DNA of 62,533 nucleotides, counting the filler, from Basidioascus undulatus (lineage: Eukaryota), in assembly GCA_000826855.1 (NCBI GenBank). It is 10 parts of 10 records of this genome, joined end to end, with 100 filler letters (N's around TTAATTAATTAA, not from the genome) between each part and the next. Parts side by side here need not be neighbours in the genome. Positions count along the whole stretch, not along the records: positions 1 to 6,187 come from JTLS01001792.1; positions 6,288 to 12,472 come from JTLS01001793.1; 8 more parts are not named here. One strand, given 5' to 3'. Under the pieces are notes generated by a model. The model saw only the letters and a program-made list of their open reading frames with translations, did no database searches and was not told the origin of the DNA. Of the stretch, positions 1-12,572 are shown in pieces. The number at the start of each line of letters is the position of its first letter. Positions within the stretch are counted from its first letter, which is position 1. Made by a program: the position numbers and the translations under genes.

Positions 1-26
1 CTACCCCGCCCCCCTCCTCCATACAG

Positions 27-221
27 CCTTCTCCAACAGGGACACTGAGGAATAGAGGGCCCAGAAGAACCCGTCCTAAGAGCCCGCCCCACCTGCACGT
101 CTTCACCGGCCTCGTCCCGCTCGCCCTGGCGGGCACGAACGCCTACCTGGGATTTGGGGAGTGGTACCGCGTGCCGGAGTGGGCGGGGTGGGTGCTTCTT
201 GCTTGGGCTTTGGTTGGCTTG
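27..221 (+). CDS. Exon of a membrane protein, possibly the C-terminal part of a fungal cytochrome b561-like domain (gene truncated by contig start)
   Basis: Open frame between a CAG acceptor and a GTACGC donor reads ...PPHLHVFTGLVPLALAGTNAYLGFGEWYRVPEWAGWVLLAWALVGL. This gives two hydrophobic segments with an H-x3-G...N..LG pattern like fungal b561 heme-ligand helices. The family call is recognition only. Confidence 0.35.
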
Positions 222-1204
222 GTACGCAATTGATACAAGAAACATTTCTTGGACTGAGCGGGAAAGGAGGATCAGGTGGTTGTCGGCGCGTATTACGCTG
301 GCCTTGTGGTGTTCTTGCCGGAGCAGAGGACAAAGAGGAGCAGGTGCGCGACGTCGCCTGTCTTCCTCTAAGGGGCAAACGATGGCTGATGAGGTTCTTG
401 GATAGGGTGGACAGAACCCATCTTTGCCTAATCAGCAGCGGCCGCTCCTGTGACTTGCACGAAGCAAGGCGAGGAAGAAGCGGCACAAACAGCAGTATGT
501 TGGAATCCGAAGACAGCTTTCCGTACCTCCATGCTAATTCCCATCCAGTCCCCCCTGACATAACTATGGCCCGGCTCCACGGATTCACGCTCATTGTAGA
601 CGCGACACAGGCAGCAAGGGAGGAGATGGTTGATGAGATTGACGGGCATACGGACCACCTCCCTTCTCCCCGCCCTGTTCTCCCATCAAGCCGCCCCCGA
701 CCCAGCACCACCCGGACCTGTCTTTAAAACGTCCGGGAGCAGAGTCAGCACCGTAGTCTTCAAACAACTTCATCCAAGAGCCCAAGGCGTGTCCGCTCAG
801 TAAAGGTTGATAGAAAGATTATCTCCACAGCACCCGAAGGCACGTCGGACAATGTAGATAATGTAAAGACATCATGCGGACGCCCTGCTTCCCTCCAGAA
901 CAGAAATATGATTACTCACAAGCTGATGATGAGAGATGAAGGATGATGGAGATGAAGGAAGAAGGGAGGTCAGCGGCGTCTTCTCGTCTTCCTCTTGGTA
1001 ACGCCGACAAGGGAGGGGAGTTTTCCTTATCCGAAAGCCCTCCACCGGGAAAGCCGGATCGAGTCGCCGAAAGATCGCATTTCGCGTCTTCTCTACAGCC
1101 TCCATCTCTCTCCTCTTTCTGACAGACAGGTACAGCTTTGATCACGATATTCATGGCTTTTGCACTGGTCTAATAACTGTGCTGGGGCGGTGGAAGCAGC
1201 AGCG

Positions 1205-3627
1205 ATGGTGAAGGACACGGCGCTGTACGACCTCCTGGGCGTGAAGCCGGAGGCCTCGGACGGTACGTCTTCCTTCCTTGCATTTCCCTGCATCACTGTC
1301 TCAACCCGCTCCCATCCCCCCCAGCCGAGATCAAGAAGGCGTACCGGAAGAAGGTGCGCCGCGCTGCGGTTTGCACGGAGGGGAAGCAGCGACCTGACCA
1401 CTCCACCTCCCAATCTCCTCCGCAATTGTTCCGGCCCACCTAGGCAATGGAGAACCATCCCGTCCGTCCCCCTTCCAGTCCGAGGGGAAGAGTCACGCGA
1501 GCTGGGCAACTTATGCGAGGCAGCTGCTGGGCGGCGGTGCGGCGGGTAGGATAAAGTGCGTCTTTCGAACAGGAGGGAGATGCGAACGAGGGAGACGGAG
1601 CGAGGGAGACGGGGGATCTGATGGAAGCGGCGTGCGGTCGGTGGTAGAACCCTGGTGATGCGGAAGCGGGCGAGCGCTTCCAGGCGATCGCGAATGCGTG
1701 GGTGCCCTCCCTCCTCTCCCCTCCCGGCCCCGAGTCTCATACTCGTTCCCTTCCCAGCTACGAGATCCTTGTCCGCCCCTCCTTTCTCCTCTCCCCCTCT
1801 TTCGCCTCTCACACAGCCGCCATCTCACCCCCACCCGCATAGTCCAACTCCACCTCTCGCGAATCCTATGACAACTTCGGCTCCACCTCCACCTCGGGTG
1901 GGATGCCCGGCGGGCCGGACGTCGACATGGACGACATCTTCGCGAGCATGTTCGGGGGCGCGTTCGGGGCGGACCCGTTTGCAGGCCCCGGCGCAGGAGG
2001 AAGAAGGGGGAGAAGCAGCAGGCCGAGGAGGGGCAGGGACGAGATCGTGGATTATGAGGTCACGCTGGAGGATCTGTTTAAGGGGAAGACGGTCAGCTTG
2101 ATGTGAGTCGGTTTGGGGAATGGGCTGATGGCGTGAGCGGGGAGCAAGGGAGAGACGCTGATCGGGAGAGGAGGGATAGGTTGGAGAAGAACATTATTTG
2201 TGGGACTTGCGAGGGGTACGTTTGCGGGAATGGGGCAGGTGGGAGAAGAGAGTGGAAGGGTGGGTGGGATGCTGATGTGGGAGCGGCGGGAACAGGCACG
2301 GCGGAAAGCCGGGGACGAAGCCGAAGACTTGCGTGAGGTGCGATGGGAAGGGGAGCATCATGATGTCCCGACAAGTGCGTATGCGTTTCCAGTTCGCTAG
2401 CCTTCTACACTCTTCTTTTTGCTCGCCCTGCTCCTCCTCGCCCCCGCGACGGCGTCCTCCGTCCCCTTCGCCATTCCCTGCCGCCGCGTTCCCGTTCCGA
2501 CCCCGCATGTCGCGAAGCACCGGAACTGACGCGTCGCATGGCGCTGTGTTCGGGTGGACAGGTAGGACCGGGTCTGATCGGGCAGATGCCGACCGTTTGT
2601 CCGGAGTGCGACGGGGAGGGCGTCAAGATCCGGGAGAAGGACAGGTGTGTACTCGCAATTCTTGCCTTCCTTCCCCGCGGCGCAAGCACTTGCAGTAGGC
2701 TGATTTCGATGTGCGGGACCGGACTTGCAGGTGTAAGAAGTGCAAGGGCGCCAAGGTCGTCAAGACCAAGAAGCGCGTCGAGATCCACATCGAGAAGGGC
2801 ATGCGGGACGGGCAGCGGATCGTCCTGGAGGGGGAGGGTGATCAAGAAGTGCGTTTCCCTCTCCCTGGACCCTTCTTCCTGGCACGTCGCTCATGCTGAG
2901 CGGCTTCCCCCATTCAGCCCGGCGTGACTCCCGGCAACCTAATCTTCGCGCTCCGCCTTCTCCCGCACCCAACCTTCCAAGTCGCGCACCCCGACCTGTC
3001 CACAACCATCACGCTCACGCTCTCCGAAGCGCTCCTCGGCTTCTCGCGCGTCGTGCTCACGCACCTCGACGGCCGGGGCGTGCACGTCTCCGTGCAAGCC
3101 GGCGAGCGCGTCGTCCAGCCGGGGGAGACGATGGTGCTCCGGGGCGAGGGGATGTGGGTCGGCGGGCGCGTGGGCCGCGCGGGAGAGAGGGGCGATCTGT
3201 ATGTTAGGTGCGAGGTCGAGATGCCGAGCACGCATTGGATTAAGGGGGCGGATTGGGAGGTGCGTATTGTTTTGGGAGGAGAGAAGGGGAGGGATGGGAG
3301 CGCTCATAGGAGATGGTGGGGCGGGCGAACAGGCGCTGGAGAAGCTTTTGCCGCCCCGAAGACCGGATCTGCAGCCCCGGCCGGAGGTCGTGGACGAGGC
3401 GGAGTTCGAGCACGGGGATATGGCGAACGTGAGCGGTCTTCTTTACCCCATTCGCGTCCCTCATTCCCTAGCACAGTGACCGCCGCGCTTTGTACACTGA
3501 CTGCTCAGTTTTCTTCCTTCTCTATTTTTCGCAGTTCGGCAAGTCCCATCGCGGGTTCGAGGACACGTACGACGAGTACGAGAGCGAGCAGTTCCCGGGC
3601 GGGACGGGGCAGTGTCCGGCGCAGTAG
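1205..3627 (+). CDS. Type I Hsp40/DnaJ co-chaperone (Ydj1/Xdj1/Mas5 family), multi-exon, complete, with a C-terminal CaaX motif
   Basis: Spliced: [74 protein letters not shown]-rich region follows, then four CxxCxG zinc motifs ([28 protein letters not shown]) and the C-domain [19 protein letters not shown]. It ends GQCPAQ-TAG at 3625-3627. Confidence 0.95.
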
Positions 3628-3957
3628 GCGGGTGCGTGCGTCCTTCGGTGCCTTGACATCCTGCTCTCATGGTGGTTGCTCACATGCAGGCAATGTTGGA
3701 TAGGCTGGGTCATAGAAGAGGACTCTGGCCGGACGGACACTCGCGGCTGTGGGAGGAAGGTTTATTCGCCCGACACTTTCGCTACGCTTCGCACATCATT
3801 GCCGCATTTCTGCCCTGCTCTAACATATCATACCATCCATGCAACACCCTCTCATCTGCCTGTTCTCGACTGCGCCCCACAGCGTCACAAACCCGCTGGG
3901 TCCTCCGACTCGTACCCATCCCCTGCCTCCGCGTCCTCCTCCCGCTGGTATAGCACT

Positions 3958-4503
3958 CACAGCGCGCCGATCTGCGCCTTCTTGAGCGTCTCCAGGTCGA
4001 CGCAGAACTCGCGCGCGCGCGCGTCTCACCGGAAGTAGGTGCTTGACATGCGCATCTGCTCGGCCGTCGACGTTCAGCTTTGTACTTGAGGGATGTGAAA
4101 CGAGGAGGAGGATGGAGATATGGAGGATAGGGAGGATGGGGTGAAAAGGTTGGGAGGGAAAGACGCACACTGTTGATGAGATCTGCGGCGCGCTGGGCGC
4201 CGGCGAGGGTGAGGTCAGTAAGCGAGCTGGCGAGCGCGGCTAAAGGGACCTGGAAGGGGGGCGGGTGCATGCGGTCAGCTGGCTTTTGCATAGAAATTGC
4301 GATCTGGGATTCAGTCGGAAGGGAATGCATTGGTAAAGGCAGGCCGCGACAGACACCGTGGCGAGTTGCGGTTGGGGAGAAGTCCGGGGTCGGAGGGCTC
4401 GGCGGGAGAACGTCGAAGTACTTCGCTATCGTACCCCGAACAGCCAAACAGACCGTTCAGCTCGATACTTCTGAATCCCAAGCACTAACCAATGTCGAGA
4501 CTC
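3958..4503 (-). pseudogene. Small spliced hypothetical gene, probably frameshifted in a (GC)n run
   Basis: Exon-like segments AKYFDVLPPSPPTPDFSPT, VPLAALASSLTDLTLAGAQRAADLINS, LNVDGRADAHVKHLLPVRR and EFCVDLETLKKAQIGAL are bounded by plausible splice sites. The last two are out of frame across the GCGCGC run at ~4011-4023. Confidence 0.3.
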
Positions 4504-5843
4504 TACTTTTGAGAAGTGGACGAAGCGGACGAAGTCCCCGCCGAAGCGCCGGCTGTGCCGGAGCGGTTCGCAGGCGTGTGCGGCGGCAGAGAGGAGGTCG
4601 AGGACGATTCTATCAACCGTATATAAGCCTTTTAGAGCAATTAAGGCGATGTGAAAGGAGAAGAGGCGGACTGGGAAGGGTGTTGGCTCGGCTGGGAAGG
4701 CGAGGGTAGCAGGAGGAACAGGACGTCGAATGCACAAACGAGCTCGCGGTCCGTCCGTCAGAGTTGGAGCGTATGCACGCTGTCTGTTAACCGGTGTTGA
4801 CGTCTAATGGGACTATCCACAAACAATGAGAACAATAACGAAATGTGCGGAGTTGCTCGAGGCAGTCAGGCTTCTTGAACGACATGCCTTTGAGGGGAAC
4901 GCTTCCATGCGCAGCGGTCGGCCGCAGCGTACGGTTGATTTCGGTTTAATGGGCGCCGTTAAACATGACTGGGCACGGAGTTCCTTGTGAAATCAGAACA
5001 TGATCAAACACGTGTTTGCCCCTGCCTAGTCCCACGGTGTTTTTCGCTTTTTCCGATAACAGACGGGACTTTTGGGGTTTCAAGCTGGTGACAGTACGCA
5101 CAGCCAGGAAACTACTGGTGTGTTGCACTGGCACGCAGCGCTCAAATCTTCTGTCGGCAGGATCAGGACGTGTAAAGGAGGTATTAACTCTTTGTGGGAT
5201 GATTCACAAATGAACCTTGCGACATCTTTTTGTACGACAGTAGAGGATATTCGACGGAAAGGTCTTGGAAACGATGTCCAGCATTGTGACCTGGTCTTCA
5301 TCAAAAGTGATCCAATTGTTCTTGCGTGCAGTATGGGCCCTGATCATACTTGAAATGGCATCATGAATCAATTGAATGTTGAGAAAGACTGAAATCTTTA
5401 AATTCGAAGAAGGGTGCCCTTCATGTCTTCAGCGTTGCATTGCCAGGGAAAGTTACCGCGCCTGCCCCTCCACAACTCGCATGAGGATTTTAAGTTTCAG
5501 AGGCATTTTTCTACTTCTTGTTGGTGTTGTTTACTCAACTGTCTAACAAATAGGACAGAGAGGGAGGGTGTTGTCTGCCGCAGAGTGTGTAGAACATTTC
5601 AAGCCTTGACCCTCTTAATTCACTCAGGTACCTTGATCTTTCAAAGGTGATTATTTTGCCGCTCAGAGTAAGTGCCATTCATGGAAGAAAGAGCTCAACG
5701 GGGTCGAGAAAATCATGCGAACTGTCAGTGTCAACTGTACTGTCAAACTTAAGCGAGCGCGGGAAAACAGAAGACCTCGATTCCAGCTTCCCAGCTTCCT
5801 GCCTTCCTTCCCCCACCATCCCAACCCCCTCCATATAGCCGTC

Positions 5844-6187
5844 ATGTCCTCCCCTTCAATCGAAGAGCTCCCCGAGTCCCGCCTCGGAACGAAAGAGCAG
5901 TGCATCCTCCTCCCCTCCCCTCCGTTCTCCCTTCCGTAACTCACCCCCCTGGCATGCAGCTGGGACACAGTCTACGCGTCCGTCCTTCCCTCCACATTCA
6001 CAAACAGACCTACATGGGATTGGTTTTAATATGGCGCTTGAGATTGTAGGCGCGAAGTTGAGAACTATGACGACCATGGGGAGGAGGGCGAGGTGTGGTT
6101 TGGCGAGGACGCGGTGGAGAAGATGGTTGATTGGGTGCTGGACAACGTAGAGCTGTCTCCTCCGACGAAAGTACTCGAGTGCGTCTC
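5844..6187 (+). CDS. EFM4: Protein-lysine N-methyltransferase EFM4/See1 (EEF1AKMT2/METTL10 family), 5' part
   Basis: Spliced: MSSPSIEELPESRLGTKEH|WDTVYA|REVENYDDHGEEGEVWFGEDAVEKMVDWVLDNVELSPPTKVL. This matches the characteristic S.LGTKE.WD..Y..E...G..GEVWFGED N-terminus. Cut by the contig end. Confidence 0.88.
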
Positions 6188-6287
6188 NNNNNNNNNNNNN
6201 NNNNNNNNNNNNNNNNNNNNNNNNNNNNNNNTTAATTAATTAANNNNNNNNNNNNNNNNNNNNNNNNNNNNNNNNNNNNNNNNNNNN
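6188..6287. other. Artificial contig linker
   Basis: 44 N + TTAATTAATTAA (stops in all six frames) + 44 N, identical at nine positions. Confidence 0.99.
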
Positions 6288-8245
6288 GGAGGCTTCCCCC
6301 GCCGGCTGCTAGCGGGTCGCTCTTCACTTGAACCTCACTCCGCCCGCTTGCCTCGGACTTCCACATTTACTTTCAAACAATCTACCTTTCTGGACTTCCT
6401 GACGGATAACTGCTCTCGCGCCTGCCTTCGGGCGCACCGTCCCGTTCCACCTGCATCTCCTTCTTACCTCGCTCGCACCTGAACGCCGACTCGGGCCTGT
6501 CCGCCGTGAAGCATCCGCACACTTGCGCGTCACACGAATGGGACGCTCGGGGGACTTACTCTGCCCTCCGAGAAATGCCAGATCGTGTGAAGAACTGGGA
6601 GTGCGCCAGAATGAAAAGCTCTTTCAGACGAGAGTGCGGTGCAGTGGGACCTGCTCATTATCCTCTCGCCAAATATTGCGGACTAAATCAGATCAGGCAA
6701 TCAACCAAAGCCCTACTTCTGAGGAAATCGGACGGCCACTGCTTGCTCTTCCTCGTCACGTTCGCCACTTCGCGAAAGGAGGGAACAAACCGAGGAAGAG
6801 ATAAGAGGTGGCCAGCCTCTTGTCCCCCCCAGTCGGATGGGTGATGAATTTAGCCTTAACCCCGTGAAGTTCGTACAGGCTGGATTTGGTTATCCCCGGA
6901 CTTCCAAGAGTATGTGCAACCTTGGAACGCAACCTTTACTTCGGGATGATCTGCCTTTGAGACTGGAAATGCACCGGAAAGGCGTCGATGGAATTTTCCA
7001 GTACTACGGCCAGAGGAGGGGAAGAGGAGTAGAGGGAGTGCGTACTGGGGTGTTGTATGATATGAGACAGCGGCTGTGGGAATGTGCCTTTCACGGGGGC
7101 AAAAAATGACGATTGCAAGAGAAATGCGACCTGCAGCCCGAGGACGAAGTGCCTGCGGTGTTGCGCAGGGTGTTTGGGAAAAGCCTCATATAGAATCGTC
7201 CCGAATTTGGTGGCGTTGTTGGCAAGTTTCCTGAGGGGTTGACTTTTGCTGTGTTCTGGATGGCGAAGATCCTGAAGGAATGTTTGCAGTTTCTGTGCGG
7301 TCCTGGGAAGGCAGGAAAGTGACGCATTACGATGGCTTTCCTTCACCCATCAGAGAAGATCACATACTTTGACGGTGGCGTGCTGTTGTTTGTGCCACGC
7401 TTATGTACTATGATGGACCGGACGAGCGTTAGAAATCATCAAAGACTGCAAAGGTTGCCGCGGAGTGAAAAAACCTGCACTTTTCTTTGTCGGACCGCGT
7501 TGGCTGTAAAACGGTTCTCCGTATTTCCGGAATGGGTGAAGGTAATTCAGGGCAAACGTATCTTTGGGGCGAGGGAGAGGATTTGCTTACCTCTGAGCGT
7601 TCAGCCTGTGTGCTGAACGTCTGTGTTGCGCATGTCGACCCTCCCACTGTTAGCACCGACAGGAGGGGAAGAATTAGAGCCTGAATGAGATTACGTGTAT
7701 TTTTTTTTTCGACGCGGCTTGCTGTACCGGATATAGTGAAGTTGCTACTTGGAGTTGAGCGTGAGGAAGTGGGATGTGGCGAAAGAGAGACGGTGGGCCG
7801 TGCCCGCCTTTTGTAAGTACCTTCGGCGAGCCTGCGCAGTGTGTTTCCCTTTCGTCTGAAACTAGCGACGAAAGCGGGAGTGGTTAGCCCCTTGAGCGGA
7901 GGTCATCGTGCCCTTCCGGCCCAAACGCGGACGCATCGCCTGTCGTGGACAAGTGCGTGCCTGTGCTGGAAGTTTAGCCATCATCTTTCATGCCGCCAAG
8001 CATTCGTCTAACTTGTGGCGGTGGGATGTCCCATGAAAGAAAGAGCTCAGTGTTTGTGCGGCCTGCATCAAAGGTGCCCCAAGGCAACAGCAGCAAGCTC
8101 TTCACAATTCTCCGTTATGGATACCTTTCAAAGTACCACATATCAAAAACCAAGAAGGAAACTTCATCTCGGTTCCTTGTAGAAGGGCAAGCTGCACCGT
8201 TGAGCACTATTAGACCTAAGTGTTAAAACCAGATTTTTATTCGCC

Positions 8246-8328
8246 GGGCATATGGTGTAGTGGCTTATCACGCCTTCTTAGCATTAGCTGAGTGGAGGAG
8301 GTCTCCGGTTCAATTCCGGATATGTCCA
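8246..8328 (+). tRNA. tRNA-Ala (anticodon AGC) with a 9-nt intron (8284-8292)
   Basis: Acceptor stem GGGCATA/TATGTCC-A, D arm GGTGTAGTGGCTTATC, anticodon stem CCTTC/GGAGG with loop TT-AGC-A-[TTAGCTGAG]-T, and T arm TCCGG-TTCAATT-CCGGA. Followed by a T-run Pol III terminator. Confidence 0.95.
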
Positions 8329-8342
8329 TTTCTTTTTGTTTT
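8329..8342 (+). terminator. RNA polymerase III T-run terminator of tRNA-Ala
   Basis: TTTCTTTTTGTTTT directly after the discriminator base. Confidence 0.7.
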
Positions 8343-8899
8343 GTCTTCTTACACTCTGGAGCTGCGTCAGTCATTCCCAGACGGTTTGTATACATAAACA
8401 AAGCTGCTCCGAGGGCTTTACCTAAGCCGAGTGCAGCGACTTCTCTCCACCAGCCACACCTACCGGTCGCTGCCAGTGCGGCGGTACGGAAAATGATACC
8501 CGTACTAAGGGATGAAAGATATGAAGAGACGGAAGAGGAAAGCTACGACACGAGGCTCCTTGAGGCTCTACACTTTGGAGTCGACGCTGTCGGGCCGAAT
8601 AGCGGTTAATGTGCGTCATGTGGGTCGACGACATGTCGGTGTGTACAGTTGATCGATGATAAATTCGAAGAGTGCGATCAGCGGTACAGGCCAGATACTT
8701 CGGTATCAGTTCCATGCCTCGAATCTATGCTGAGGATGAGGCTCGAGGAGAACAATGTTCCAGGGCCGGTGTATCTGGACGCATAAGAGCCTGATGAGCT
8801 TACACGACCTGAGGCTCATTACCGCAAGACCCCCCTCTTTTCAACCGGATCATGTTTATCAAATGTTCTCTTATAGCTGTTGGTGTGCAGCAATACAGA

Positions 8900-11052
8900 C
8901 GCTCCATCGTCGCTGGGAGGACGCGTGCAGCGCGTTCGCGTTGTCTGTCGTGCCCGACATCGACGCTTCGCTGCTGTACAGCAAGTATTACCCCGAAGGC
9001 GCACTCTTCAATGAGACGGATTCAAACATCCGAACACTTCGCTCACGACTAACAAGTATGTTTATATACCATTTCGCCAATGCGAATCTCCGTGAGTTGA
9101 CGCCGCCTTGCAAGTCACAAGGGTTCCTGCTGCGTGAAAGTGAACATCACGACCTCCTCTACGTCAAGTTCGCAATCGGAAGTATGGTGGGTGTTTCTGC
9201 ATTCTCAGCGATGTTTTTTGAAGGAATATCTTGCCTTGACTGCTTTACCCTAACTGCAGGCTTGGCTTCCCAATGATTTCAAGGGGCGTTTTCTCGGCGT
9301 TGGCAACGGCGCCAGCAGCGGCGGGTGTAAGTTGTTGAACTCACTCACTTTTTAACTTGATACAGCTTGGGGGGACATGGGGTTCTCTGGTGTCAACTAC
9401 GGCTTTGCTGCGCATGCGACCAACGGCGGCCACAGCTCGAACGGCTCGTCGGCGGCATTTGCGGTCGGGAACCCAGAGAGCCTGATTGACTGGAATTGTC
9501 AATGGTGAGTAGTGGTAGTATCCGCGACTTCAAGTGACCTTAATCACCTTGAGGTCATGCAGCACCTCGGAACGCTCGTGGCGAAAGCAGTTGTCGCTGA
9601 CTACTATCAAGACTCATCATTCAAGAGCTACTACGCTTCCTGCTCCGCTGGTGGACGGCAAGGTGACCTTTTGAGTTGCGCCTCAAGATGTGTTGCATAG
9701 TTGTACTGACTCTCAGGCACGTCCCATAGGATGGATGGAAGCGCAACGCTTCCCACAGACTAGTCAGTTCCATTTATTCTACCATTTTCCGAGTTCCGAA
9801 AGTTCTTATTAACTCCCCCAAACCCCGTGAACAGCGATGCGATCATCGTGGGAGCCCCGGCTGTCGACGACGTTCACCAGTCGGCCGCTGCGTTCTATGG
9901 GAACCAGCAGGTCCTCCCCGTGAACGGCTCGACGTGGCTCTCTAAGGCGACGTGGGCGGCTGTGCACGCTGAGGTGTTGAACCAGTGCGACGAGCTCGAC
10001 GGGGTATGTCTAATTCCCTGTTCTGCGTTCCCTTGTCACGCGCTGCAGAATCTGACATTCTCCTCCCACCCATAATAGCTCAAGGATGACATTCTGAGCA
10101 ACCCAGAGCGCTGCCGGTACGTCTTCCTCTTAGCTTATCTTGAGCCTTTCAAACTCAAGTGAGGTTCTGTGAGCTCCGCCAGGCTCCAGCCGCAGAAGAC
10201 CGCCTGTCGTCCGGGTCAGAACAACACCTCTTCCTGCCTGACGTACGACCAGATTCAGACTCTGCGATACGTCTACGAGTGCATCCGGGTCAACGCTTGC
10301 GAATCGGACAGCTCAATTCCACACCACTGACGCTCTTCTGAACACCAGGCCTTGGGTCGACGAGAACAACACCTACGTGTACCCGGGCTATCTTTTGGGG
10401 GTTCCATCCATCCTTTTCCTTCAACCGCCGGAAAACTAAGCCTTCCAACATGTGTCCGGATGGAACGACCCCTTCATTACTGCCTCCGCTTCGATCGACT
10501 GGCAGAAGGAGGTGGACGCGTGGATGTCGACGCATAGGGACATCACGACCCTACTTCTGGCTCTTCTTGGTGCGGGGGATGAAGCACTGGTGTGGGGGAG
10601 TGAGTCGCGCCTTAGTTTCTCAAGGCAGTTGTCTGAAATTCAACAAAACTTCTGATCCGTACTTTCTTTCTGTGCAGGGTGGTGCCAACGCTTTCGGCCA
10701 GCCCAACTCGTACAAGAACACCCCGCCGTGTCCACCGAGCCCGCGTACAACGCCATTTGGGCACTCATCGACTAGTTAGTGCCACAGCCCATCCTCCTTT
10801 CTCTCCTTTCAAACTTCTAAGGAACTTCCTTCTCGCTGACGCCCCCGAAGAATTCATCGGCACATCCTACAGCGACAACAACGCGTCGCTCGGGATCAGC
10901 TACCAGCGGCCGATCTGCCAGGTACGCCGGCTCCACTCCTCTCCTTTCAGGCGCACGTATTCATAATGTCTCCATTATTGGAGTACCCCAAGAGCGCCAT
11001 CTACCACTCCGGCGACCCGAACCTCTCAACCAGCTTTTCTTGCGAACTTTGA
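8900..11052 (+). pseudogene. Tannase/feruloyl esterase family gene, degenerate (5' boundary approximate)
   Basis: Exons read SEAWLPNDFKGRFLGVGNGASSGG, GFAAHATNGGH, SYYASCSAGGRQG|WMEAQRFPQD, DAIIVGAPA, AEVLNQCDELDG|LKDDILSNPERC, FWLFLVRGMKHWCGG and RPICQ|YPKSAIYHSGDPNLSTSFSCEL*. The usual HG.AD catalytic-Asp segment is not visible, frames shift around 10270-10560, and some splice sites look damaged. Confidence 0.8.
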
Positions 11053-12472
11053 ATTGCTGCCGGTGCGGGACGCATTGGTGGTAGTTCAAGAGGAGGAGGG
11101 AAATTCGAAACCGAAAAGAACGAATGTATGGTTTCTGCGTAAGAGTGGTAAAAGATCCAAATGTACTTGCAAACGCATTTTTGCAGTCCCACCGTCGAGA
11201 AAACACACGTCCGTCCTTCCTTTTGCCGCATAAGCTCCCATTCTATTCGAGAACTCCAACACCCGTTGAGATACCAAAAAAGGTTCAATTAAAAATTATT
11301 CGATAATTTTTGGTCGTTCATGCATACCTGCGACAGTATTCATGGCAGGCAGTCTGGGCAGGTATCGCCCGCTGCTTACCTGCGGTTGAGGACTTCCTCT
11401 GACGGTTCAATTCAGCGTCACCTACCTCTTCTCCCAAAGCGGCAGTCCAAGTACCACCCCAAAATTCTTCTGCCATGGGTACAGTACATTGCGGGTGACC
11501 GCCATTGAAGATTGGCTGACGTCCAGTCTAACAACACGCCTTCAGGGATGCCCCACCCCCTCATCTCTTCATGCCCTCAGCATGCAGTTGCATGTTTGAA
11601 GATAATTTGAATTCCCATACATTCTAGTGGGATTCTTTCTGAGTACATGAAGCACCTGTTCACATCGCCAGCTAGTGTGGGTTGTCAGCGCTGCAAGCGC
11701 CGAGCTGAACAACTGCGCGTCTCTAAGGCTTTCTCCTTTGGGAAACTATGCTGCCTTAAAGTGCCATTTCACAACACTGAATGACGGCCAGATACAGTCG
11801 CAAGAAACTCTCGCTATCCCTTGTGCATCTCTCCGGAGCCTTGGCCACCGTCGCAGCTTCGCAGTTTCCTGGAGAGCTGCCCTTGACCTGCCTGGAAGAA
11901 TAATGTCCCTTCGCGACAAGTCACTTGTGTGTAACAATTAGTCCAGATATATTCTCTGATCGGTGTCCCACCTCAGTTCTTATGCCAGCAAACAATAGCC
12001 TCAGTGCGGCTGCGTGGAGGAGGCAGGAGGCCTCGGGAAGGCCCCGTCTTTCACTACTTCACTTTGACCAGATTGAGTTGATTCCCTTGCATGACGAAAA
12101 TCCAGATGAACAGATTGATGCCAGGATGGGGTACGTATCAGGACATTCGGCTGTTGGCCGCACCTCCCAATTCCGTTGCAGCACACCAGGCTAGCCCGGC
12201 GCCATGTAGACGCAACCGTATCCCCACGCAAGAGCAAGAGCAAGAGCAATGATGCTTGTAGCTTCAACGAACGCCAATTAAGGATACAACATGTACTATC
12301 AAGGCAAAACAACAGCCCAAAAAGAAAGTGGAAGCCAGCCCGCATGGATTATCGTGCGTGTCGCTGAGCGTCGGGGGCGTGCTCGGGCAGCTGGGGGAGG
12401 TCTGCGGCGGGCCCGCGGGGAGGTGAGGGGGCGAAGAAGGATGGGTGGATTGCGGGGAAGGGCGGGGTAAAG

Positions 12473-12572
12473 NNNNNNNNNNNNNNNNNNNNNNNNNNNN
12501 NNNNNNNNNNNNNNNNTTAATTAATTAANNNNNNNNNNNNNNNNNNNNNNNNNNNNNNNNNNNNNNNNNNNN
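12473..12572. other. Artificial contig linker
   Basis: N-run/TTAATTAATTAA/N-run. Confidence 0.99.

Noticed and set aside
7290..7325. GPGKAGK as a Walker A motif
   Set aside because: Followed immediately by a stop, with no Walker B or other NTPase context.
11291..11311. AAAAATTAT-TCG-ATAATTTTT hairpin
   Set aside because: Short, AT-only and isolated; no supporting element structure.
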